This document shows positions 1 to 7,029 of a stretch of 64,000 nt of DNA, in pieces. How positions within the stretch are numbered: position 1 is the stretch's first letter; each line of letters opens with the position of its first letter. The notes below the pieces were generated by a model. It was not told the origin of the DNA and ran no database searches. It saw only the letters and a program-made list of their open reading frames with translations. A program made the translations under genes and the position numbers. The DNA is from a virus (lineage: Duplodnaviria > Caudoviricetes): positions 1 through 64,000 of the IMG/VR virus record IMGVR_UViG_3300038828_000048; one strand, 5' to 3'.

Positions 1-98
1 AAACCTCTTGTCCAGAAATCTTGATGATGAGATGTGTGTTTTACAAATACATTGTAGCCGTGTATCGGCTCTTCTAATTCGGTTTTTTTAATTTCCAT
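1..98 (-). CDS. Partial hypothetical protein (MEIKKTELEEPIHGYNVFCK...) running off the left edge; probably another cassette gene
   Basis: ATG at 98 with an open frame to the window edge; lies next to attC-like site 1. Confidence 0.5.
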   Translation of the reverse strand, partial: MEIKKTELEEPIHGYNVFVKHTSHHQDFWTRG

Positions 99-111
99 AA
101 TAATTAACGTT

Positions 112-208
112 TGCTAACACAAGCTATACACCATAAAGCGGATAGGTTTGTGCTAAGATTAAAAATTCTGCTATGCTTTACGGTGCATAGCTTCAACCGT
201 TATGCGTA
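112..208. repeat. attC-like hairpin site 1
   Basis: TGCTAAC (112-118) ... GTTATGC (199-205) flank an inverted repeat 121-139/175-193 (17/19 complementary). Confidence 0.7.
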
Positions 209-211
209 ATA

Positions 212-481
212 CTACATTGCTGTAACAAAATGCACCTCGCCTTGTATCTGATGGGCAAAATCAATATAATCTTGCCCAAGTCGTTTAAAATCTTCTCTGT
301 AATGCTCACAGTTTTTGCATTCATAATGCCCATCACCCCAGCATTTTCCTTTTGGTTCTCCTTGCTTATAGCCGTTAGTTGGGCATTGTTCATCCAACAC
401 CGTACTACGCATAACAGCACCTACCAAAAAGGCGGGGCTTTCGGCTTCGTTAGAAGCATTTGTGGTTAAATTATTATTCAT
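212..481 (-). CDS. Hypothetical Cys-containing cassette protein whose N-terminus is encoded inside attC-like site 2
   Basis: 89 aa ORF with CxxC-type residues; FLVGAVMRS is the translation of the hairpin arm and core. Confidence 0.65.
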   Translation of the reverse strand: MNNNLTTNASNEAESPAFLVGAVMRSTVLDEQCPTNGYKQGEPKGKCWGDGHYECKNCEHYREDFKRLGQDYIDFAHQIQGEVHFVTAM

Positions 482-550
482 CTTTCTATGTTTATTTTTG
501 GTTAAAATCCCGCCCTTCTGGTAGCTGCTCCAACGTTATCAGATATCAAT
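406..550. repeat. attC-like hairpin site 2
   Basis: TACGCATAAC (406-415) ... GTTATCAG (535-542); arms 416-436/509-529 are 18/21 complementary. Confidence 0.75.
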
Positions 551-767
551 ATTCGTTTCCAAATTTTAAAGTCAATATTACTAATTCATGATTCTTTTTA
601 TTAAAATTTCTAAAATCTTCAGACTGTGAAAATCCAATTTCCAAAAGTCTTACTTTGTAATTTATAATATCTGACATTTTTTTAGACATTTTTTCTTTAT
701 CTTCAATCGGACCAAAATACTCTTCAATTTCTTTTCTTTTGCCTTGTAATTCAATACTATATTTCAT
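546..767 (-). CDS. Hypothetical protein (cassette 2)
   Basis: 73 aa ORF, start overlaps the stop of the upstream ORF. Confidence 0.7.
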   Translation of the reverse strand: MKYSIELQGKRKEIEEYFGPIEDKEKMSKKMSDIINYKVRLLEIGFSQSEDFRNFNKKNHELVILTLKFGNEY

Positions 768-1093
768 TATTTTATTTTTTTTACTACACGCACATAAATT
801 ATTTCATGATCTGGATTTTCATATTCAAACTTAAATTTTTCATTATAAGCATTTACCAAATCTTCAATACTTAAAAATTCCCTATCATCATTTTTAATAA
901 AATAGAAAGACTTTTGATTCGCAACACCATATCCGCATACGGTTTTATTTGTAATTGTTTCTTTTGACAATTTTAAATCTTTATCTTCAAAAACAGAATG
1001 CCATTTTGTTGCAAAATTTCTATGGCAAATCATTTTAAAATTTATATCATTTTGATTAATCATAACTATTTTTATATTTTCCCTTTCATCCAA
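767..1093 (-). CDS. Hypothetical protein (cassette 2)
   Basis: 108 aa ORF in a tightly packed trio. Confidence 0.7.
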   Translation of the reverse strand: MDERENIKIVMINQNDINFKMICHRNFATKWHSVFEDKDLKLSKETITNKTVCGYGVANQKSFYFIKNDDREFLSIEDLVNAYNEKFKFEYENPDHEIIYVRVVKKIK

Positions 1094-1278
1094 TCCGTGT
1101 TTTGTAATTCTTTTGGTATTTCAGGGTATTCAATTTCAGGATTTAAAGTTTTCCAATTCTCTAAATCTGCATGAGTAACCATTTTTTGATTTTCAATGCT
1201 TGTGTTTTCTGATCGTTCTTTTGACAATAAATAATTACCGAACGATACAACTTCATCTTCTAAATAAATTCTGTCCAT
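1072..1278 (-). CDS. Hypothetical small phage-type protein (VVSFGNYLLS...VTHADLENWK)
   Basis: ATG at 1278 after an A-rich leader is preferred over the TTG at 1338. Confidence 0.7.
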   Translation of the reverse strand: MDRIYLEDEVVSFGNYLLSKERSENTSIENQKMVTHADLENWKTLNPEIEYPEIPKELQNTDWMKGKI

Positions 1279-1308
1279 TTTAAAATATTTAAATTTAATT
1301 GTTAAATA

Positions 1309-1387
1309 ATTGACATCTGATAACACTGTACATAACAATAGCTTCCTTATCAGTCAGCCATCGTATGTACTTTGACGTTATCTGCAA
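1309..1387. repeat. attC-like hairpin site 3
   Basis: TCTGATAAC (1316-1324) ... GTTATCTGC (1377-1385); arms GTACATAACAATAGCT / AGCCATCGTATGTAC with one extra base. Confidence 0.7.
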
Positions 1388-1390
1388 CTG

Positions 1391-1810
1391 CTACGATACC
1401 GCTTCGATACAACGAATTTTAATAGTTGAACCATTTATGTATTTAATTTCTACATCTCTGACATTTTCTTTATCATAAACAGAAGAAATCTTCTCAATAC
1501 CGTAATTAGATATTTTACCGCATTGAATAAACATATCTTTCATTTTAGGAATTATAGCGTTAATAATTTCATCTCTTTTGTCGTAACTAATATCAAATCC
1601 TTCTCGGTTTTGGATTAGAATTTGCTCAACTTCTTTTACAATATTTAATCTATTGTATTCAAGTTTTACGGAACAATGCAATCCTGAATATTGTATAAAT
1701 TCAAGTTTGCATTTTTGTTCTATTGTTCCTTCAAGGAATAAACCATCTGATGAAATATAAGCCATTTTACTATCTAAATTGTCTTTGAAAAATTGCTCTA
1801 TATTATTCAT
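1391..1810 (-). CDS. Hypothetical protein (cassette 3); frame is open upstream to the ATG at 1918
   Basis: Internal ATG at 1810 after an A-rich leader. Confidence 0.65.
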   Translation of the reverse strand: MNNIEQFFKDNLDSKMAYISSDGLFLEGTIEQKCKLEFIQYSGLHCSVKLEYNRLNIVKEVEQILIQNREGFDISYDKRDEIINAIIPKMKDMFIQCGKISNYGIEKISSVYDKENVRDVEIKYINGSTIKIRCIEAVS

Positions 1811-1852
1811 TTTTATTTGTTTTAAAATTGACACCCTTGTAATTTGACCGCC

Positions 1853-1873
1853 ACTACCGCTAACAAGGGTTTG
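1853..1873. repeat. Truncated attC-like half-site (ACTACCGCTAACAAGGGTTTG)
   Basis: Same nnnTAAC-type left core as sites 1-3, but no partner arm downstream. Confidence 0.45.
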
Positions 1874-1941
1874 TACAAGTTTATGATTTGAAAAATCAAC
1901 TTTTGTTCGTTTAGACATAATAATTATATTATCTAATTTTT

Positions 1942-2631
1942 TTAATAAAATTTCATATCATTAAGATATGTTTTATATAATTCTACATCTTTACAATGTT
2001 TAAATAAATCTTCTAATATGTCAGGATTATCAAATATATTCCCTAATATTTCAATTTTATCTTGTATATAAAACAATACATCATCCATACTATCCCAAGG
2101 ATCATCTGGATCACCAGTTCCATTAAATGTTTCAACATCTAATGCTTGAAATGTATATTTATTATATACAACAATACCTAATACATCATTATCTTCACCT
2201 AAAAAGCTAGAAAACTTATTTCGTGGAGATTTAATTTTCCTAACAATATCTCCTCCCCATATAGTACGTCCATTTTTATCTTTAAGATTTGTGGTTCTAC
2301 ATGGATTTTCTATCTGATGATGGATTAAAGTTTTATCTATTAAAAAATGTTGATTTTGATGCTGATGGTGTATAATCGATACACCATACATCCATGACCA
2401 AGAATCTTTTGTTTTATAAATACCCTTATATTCGTGATTATCAGAAGGTACATCGTTATTTACAAATAAAACAGTGGTGGATTCTTCATCTATTCTATTA
2501 CTAAAATTAATCATTAATAATTGAATATCATCTTTATATTCCCAAATACATCCATCAGCAGTACCATTATCCGTTTGTTCTTTATAAAAAGCATCAAACA
2601 TTTCTCCTGCTATTACTAATTTATCACTCAT
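1942..2631 (-). CDS. YopX-domain protein
   Basis: TNLKDKNGRTIWGGDIV and IEILGNIFDNPDIL motifs. Confidence 0.8.
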   Translation of the reverse strand: MSDKLVIAGEMFDAFYKEQTDNGTADGCIWEYKDDIQLLMINFSNRIDEESTTVLFVNNDVPSDNHEYKGIYKTKDSWSWMYGVSIIHHQHQNQHFLIDKTLIHHQIENPCRTTNLKDKNGRTIWGGDIVRKIKSPRNKFSSFLGEDNDVLGIVVYNKYTFQALDVETFNGTGDPDDPWDSMDDVLFYIQDKIEILGNIFDNPDILEDLFKHCKDVELYKTYLNDMKFY

Positions 2632-2635
2632 AATA

Positions 2636-2869
2636 TTATAAATTTGTTTTGATTATACTTAATAATTCTTTACTTGTCTTAACTAGACATCTTTTCTTTA
2701 CAGATTCTACCATTTTTTTAGGAATATCGTAATGTGGATGTTTACCAGAATGATACCAACACCTCTTTATGTGCAAATCTTCAGCCATTTGATGAAGATT
2801 CTCTATAGAGTAAGGAATGCATATTAGATGTCGTGAATCATCGCATATATAAACCAAAGATGTTTTCAT
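2636..2869 (-). CDS. DUF4031-like small protein
   Basis: LHQMAEDLHIKRCWYH...HPHYDI pattern. Confidence 0.65.
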   Translation of the reverse strand: MKTSLVYICDDSRHLICIPYSIENLHQMAEDLHIKRCWYHSGKHPHYDIPKKMVESVKKRCLVKTSKELLSIIKTNL

Positions 2870-2876
2870 ACTCTAT

Positions 2877-3146
2877 TTATTCTAAAATCATCCAATCATC
2901 AGTTAATAAATCTGTTTGTGATGCTAACCAAGGAACAACCATATCATCTGCTGTTTTCATATCAATATGAGCATGATAACTAATTACTGCTCCTTCTGGG
3001 TAAATACCTAATAATGGAGGACGATTAACTGTAAAGGTAGATCCTGAAACAAGAAACAAAAACATTCCTTTTCCGTTCCAACCATTACGAGCTACTTTTT
3101 TACCTAATTTTAAAGCTTCTAAAGCTTGTCCGAAATTTAATGACAT
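2877..3146 (-). CDS. tad2: DUF2829 / Tad2-like anti-defence signalling-molecule sponge
   Basis: NFGQALEALKLGKKVARNGWNGKGMFLFL...VPWLASQTDLLTDDW family signature. Confidence 0.8.
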   Translation of the reverse strand: MSLNFGQALEALKLGKKVARNGWNGKGMFLFLVSGSTFTVNRPPLLGIYPEGAVISYHAHIDMKTADDMVVPWLASQTDLLTDDWMILE

Positions 3147-3161
3147 ATTATAAAACTTTAA

Positions 3162-3539
3162 TTAATTATTATTTAAAAAGTTATCCATTTCTTTACAAAA
3201 TAAATAACATAATTCATCCTGATCTTTATTAGATTTATTAATAACAAGAATATAACTAGTACCACGAATAGAAGAAGATATTGTAAATATTGACCCCATA
3301 AATTCTACAAACCAATTATATGATTTATACCAAGTAAGCCAAGTATAATCTGATTTACCAAATTTATTAAAAAAGATTTTCTTATTATCTCCAGCTATAT
3401 TACAATTAAACCATTCTTTATTATATTTATAATGATACTTTATTGCTAAGAAAGGAACATTGGCAATCGAATTAATAGATATATATTTATACGTTTCTTT
3501 TTCTTTTTTATCAAAAGTACATTTTTTAATACTACTCAT
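3162..3539 (-). CDS. Hypothetical protein
   Basis: ORF; ATG at 3539 preferred over the TTG at 3572. Confidence 0.65.
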   Translation of the reverse strand: MSSIKKCTFDKKEKETYKYISINSIANVPFLAIKYHYKYNKEWFNCNIAGDNKKIFFNKFGKSDYTWLTWYKSYNWFVEFMGSIFTISSSIRGTSYILVINKSNKDQDELCYLFCKEMDNFLNNN

Positions 3540-3544
3540 AAATA

Positions 3545-3823
3545 CTAATTTAGTTTTGGTATAGGAGACCAATATAAAGGATGAAGATCTAATAGATAAT
3601 CATATTCTGGATCTAATAAATCATTATAAATTCTACAATGATTTGATGCCATAGTGCGCCATCTAATAGGCATCTCATCTGCTACACAACCCAAATACAT
3701 AGATTGAATAGTATCAGTCTCTATATTACCATAATATAAGAAAACTAATTCTCCACATTCAGGTAAAGAATCGATATTTGTAATATCAATTTTATGTAAA
3801 TTTGGATACTTTAATGAAAATAT
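3545..3823 (-). CDS. Hypothetical protein missing from the ORF track (possible ATA start; ends ...LYWSPIPKLN)
   Basis: 93-codon open frame filling the gap between neighbouring genes. Confidence 0.5.
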   Translation of the reverse strand: MFSLKYPNLHKIDITNIDSLPECGELVFLYYGNIETDTIQSMYLGCVADEMPIRWRTMASNHCRIYNDLLDPEYDYLLDLHPLYWSPIPKLN

Positions 3824-4212
3824 ATATTTAGTTTAATATTACCTTCTTCATAAGTAACTTCTTTAGTGTACTTTTTAGGAAGTTTTACTGAAAATTCAAC
3901 ATAAGATTTCTTATTATCTTTAGTACTTTTAGTTAAATAATCTATTAGTTGAGATACACTTTTTTTTATATTATAGATTAGTGAAATATTACATTCATCA
4001 CAAAGAAACTCAATCTCTCCATCTGTAAAATTAGCGAAATCATTTATAATATTAATATTATCATCTTCATCAATTACCCACAAATGATTTTTAAGTTCAG
4101 ATAATTCAAAAATAAGTTCTTTATGATTATCATCAATAATTCTATATTGATTTTTTGTTTTTTTAATATGCTTATATACAGCTTTGAATGTCTTTTTTCT
4201 ACTTAATATCAT
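3811..4212 (-). CDS. Hypothetical protein
   Basis: 133 aa ORF. Confidence 0.7.
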   Translation of the reverse strand: MILSRKKTFKAVYKHIKKTKNQYRIIDDNHKELIFELSELKNHLWVIDEDDNINIINDFANFTDGEIEFLCDECNISLIYNIKKSVSQLIDYLTKSTKDNKKSYVEFSVKLPKKYTKEVTYEEGNIKLNIYFH

Positions 4213-4220
4213 ATTTATAC

Positions 4221-4787
4221 TTATTTTAAATTGAAAAATTCCTTGATTGTTTTTGGTGTATATTTTAATCGTCGAGTATCTTTTTTAATTTTTGTAAAAA
4301 GATATTTTTGTGGAGTAAATGTTTCTTCAAAGAAAGATGGGAGTTTAATTAAATTAATATAAATTTGATACTTATCAAATAACCAAGCTTTATTTTGTTG
4401 AAATAATCTAGTCATATTATTTCTATCAAAAATACCTTTAGTTTCAACATACGATATTAATTGAATTGTATCATCGCTTTGTTTTTCTTTTTTATATAAA
4501 AAAGGACAAGTAATTTTTAGTATTGTATCATCAATATCTTGTGCAATTATCGAAATATCTTTATCGGGATTCCATACTATCTTAAAATCAGTAGTATATA
4601 TTTTTTTACCTATAACTTTTTGAGTTAAGATTTTGGTGGATTTTTTTAAAATTTTCTGATACTCCTTGTTAAATCCTTTAGTAAGCACAAAAGGTTCTGG
4701 ATTATGCTCATAGGAAAGTATCACTCCAATAGATAATAATTCCTCTAAAAAATAAGAAAAATATAATTCTTCATCTGAATCAAACAT
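4221..4787 (-). CDS. PD-(D/E)XK endonuclease (DUF1064/resolvase-like)
   Basis: FDSDEE, YTTDF and VETKG motifs; ATG at 4787. Confidence 0.7.
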   Translation of the reverse strand: MFDSDEELYFSYFLEELLSIGVILSYEHNPEPFVLTKGFNKEYQKILKKSTKILTQKVIGKKIYTTDFKIVWNPDKDISIIAQDIDDTILKITCPFLYKKEKQSDDTIQLISYVETKGIFDRNNMTRLFQQNKAWLFDKYQIYINLIKLPSFFEETFTPQKYLFTKIKKDTRRLKYTPKTIKEFFNLK

Positions 4788-4809
4788 TAGCAATAAGTTA
4801 AAAATTAGT

Positions 4810-4839
4810 AAAAAGTGCAGTGGAAAACCCCACTGCACT
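4810..4839 (-). terminator. Intrinsic terminator
   Basis: AGTGCAGTGG/CCACTGCACT stem with U-tract on the minus strand. Confidence 0.7.
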
Positions 4840-4873
4840 ATAATCAAAAAATCACAATGAAATATAAAATATT

Positions 4874-5542
4874 TTATTCATCATCATCTACTAAAATAGC
4901 ATTTTCAGGATTTATATCATCATTATCATCATTTTGAGTAGATGATTCAAATTCCATTTCAGCCTGTACCCCATTAGTAGATGTACTATTAACAGGATCA
5001 ATATCGGTAGCAGCACTACTAGTTGGTTTTACAATACTACTGATATAATCTGTAATTTCGCCTTGGTTAAAAAATTCACTCAAATCATAAGATCCTAAAA
5101 ACATATCTGATAAATATACATCAACACTACTAACATCGTTACAATTAACTTGAAAAATAGCATTAGATGCGTTTTGTGCAACTGTAACAGCAAATACCCC
5201 AGTATCCGCAAACTTTCTAGAGTTTTGGAATCTAATTACTTTTCCTGATATAGGATTTTGAGTAAAACTTCCATCAAATAATTTATCAAATAAGTTTTTG
5301 ATAATTCTTTTATCTTTACTAACTACTAATCCAGTATGACGAAGCTTTCTATTATTACCAAATTTAGTAATACTTTCAGAAAAACTTGTTGATGGATTCC
5401 TTTCTTCATTTTCTAGAAGTTGTTTTAAGAACTCTAGAACATTTAAGTTCTCTCTTTCTCGAATTATATCAAGAAATTTTGTAGAAATTGTTTTAGATTT
5501 TCTTTCTACTACTGTTTTTGTTTCATCAACTACTACATCCAT
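4874..5542 (-). CDS. Hypothetical protein with acidic C-terminal tail
   Basis: 222 aa ORF. Confidence 0.75.
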   Translation of the reverse strand: MDVVVDETKTVVERKSKTISTKFLDIIRERENLNVLEFLKQLLENEERNPSTSFSESITKFGNNRKLRHTGLVVSKDKRIIKNLFDKLFDGSFTQNPISGKVIRFQNSRKFADTGVFAVTVAQNASNAIFQVNCNDVSSVDVYLSDMFLGSYDLSEFFNQGEITDYISSIVKPTSSAATDIDPVNSTSTNGVQAEMEFESSTQNDDNDDINPENAILVDDDE

Positions 5543-5548
5543 TTTTTT

Positions 5549-6304
5549 TTAATTTAAATTAACGTTTATAAAATTATTATTCAATAAATTATGCATATTT
5601 GCATAAATCTTATCATCATCAAAATCATTTTGAGCATTACTATTTATAAGTTCTTCATAACTATTCTTTATATACTTATTATAAGCTAGTAATATATTTT
5701 TTCTAATATAATGACAGTGAATCAATCTTTTGATAAGTACTTCATAATCAAAACTCATTTCGCAAATTCTAATCTCTATTGTTTTATATCTTGATGAAAA
5801 TCTTACCCAACATCTATAATCGATTTTAACATCTCTTGCATTATAAGAACCTTTATAATCCCAACTGTCCAACTCATTTAGAATAAAATCTTTGATTTTG
5901 GAAAAAAATATACTATCATTTATTATATTAAAATGATCAGTAAAATCAATATGAAAATGTATTCCACTATCGGTCAATGCACAATTCGATTTCATTAACT
6001 TACAAATATTATATAATGCTTTCATTCCAGGTAAACCTGGAGCAATTCTAAATCTTAATTCTGAAGTTGATGATCTATTTTCTTTTAATCCATCGATGGT
6101 ATCAAAAACATTACTATTTGTTAGTAAATTACATTCAACTTCAACACCACTATCTACAGGTAAATAGTGAAGCGCTTGTTGTTCAAAAATATTATCATCT
6201 AAAATATAAGGATATTTGAATATAAAATTCTCTGAGTTATAATAAGATTCAAAACTTGCTACATCATTAAATTCAGCGAATACTTTTGGATTATCATTCA
6301 TCAA
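5549..6304 (-). CDS. Putative amidoligase-like enzyme (COOH-NH2 ligase fold)
   Basis: GVEVEC, SELR, SGIHFHID and TIEIR motifs. Confidence 0.7.
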   Translation of the reverse strand: MMNDNPKVFAEFNDVASFESYYNSENFIFKYPYILDDNIFEQQALHYLPVDSGVEVECNLLTNSNVFDTIDGLKENRSSTSELRFRIAPGLPGMKALYNICKLMKSNCALTDSGIHFHIDFTDHFNIINDSIFFSKIKDFILNELDSWDYKGSYNARDVKIDYRCWVRFSSRYKTIEIRICEMSFDYEVLIKRLIHCHYIRKNILLAYNKYIKNSYEELINSNAQNDFDDDKIYANMHNLLNNNFINVNLN

Positions 6305-7029
6305 TATTCTTTATTACTGGATTTTTGTACTGGAGGAATAACAGCATTTTTTTTATCATCATTAACAGACCTATTTACTGCAACTTCTTTTTCTGAGAAA
6401 CGCTTGCGCATCTCCTCTCTCAATACAGGATCAGTAATGGTATTAAGTAAATCTTCATTGGATAAAGATTCCAGTGATAGTTTATCGTCTATTGGTTTTG
6501 CAATATCTACTTTTGATTTAAAGAAAATAATCAATTCATCTTTTAGTTCTTTAGTATTCTTAGTATTATAAGATAAAACTTTTTGTTTGATATCATCTCT
6601 TGTACTTTTATCTTCTACTTTTTTACTATAAGATGTGTTGTCAATATTTAAAATGATATTTTGACCAACTTGTCTAAATGATATTTGATCTTTTATTTGA
6701 GTTTCAACAACTTCTTTCTTTGGTTTTACAATCTTATCTTTAACAGATTTAACTACAGATCCTACCCCATTATCTTTTTTCTTACTATCTTTTTTCTTAT
6801 CATCTACCTTTTTAGTTTCTATTTTCTTAATATCTACCTTTTTCTCAACTTTTTTAGTAGATTTAATATTTGTTGGTGTAGAATCACCAGAAGCACTTAG
6901 AAATTTAATAAATTTTTTCTTAATGTCATCTGTAGAATCTTTGGTTCTATAGACAAAATTATTTGCATCACAATAAGCTTTTAACTGATTGCGATCAAAA
7001 TCTTGAATTTTTTTAAAATCATGTTTCAT
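6301..7029 (-). CDS. Lys-rich hypothetical protein at the usual rIIB position
   Basis: ORF overlapping the rIIA stop. Confidence 0.7.
   Translation of the reverse strand: MKHDFKKIQDFDRNQLKAYCDANNFVYRTKDSTDDIKKKFIKFLSASGDSTPTNIKSTKKVEKKVDIKKIETKKVDDKKKDSKKKDNGVGSVVKSVKDKIVKPKKEVVETQIKDQISFRQVGQNIILNIDNTSYSKKVEDKSTRDDIKQKVLSYNTKNTKELKDELIIFFKSKVDIAKPIDDKLSLESLSNEDLLNTITDPVLREEMRKRFSEKEVAVNRSVNDDKKNAVIPPVQKSSNKEY

Noticed and set aside
112-1387. Reading the left-edge hairpins as simple terminators or CRISPR repeats
   Set aside because: They have no U-tracts and differ in sequence and length, and neither reading explains the cross-site core complementarity.
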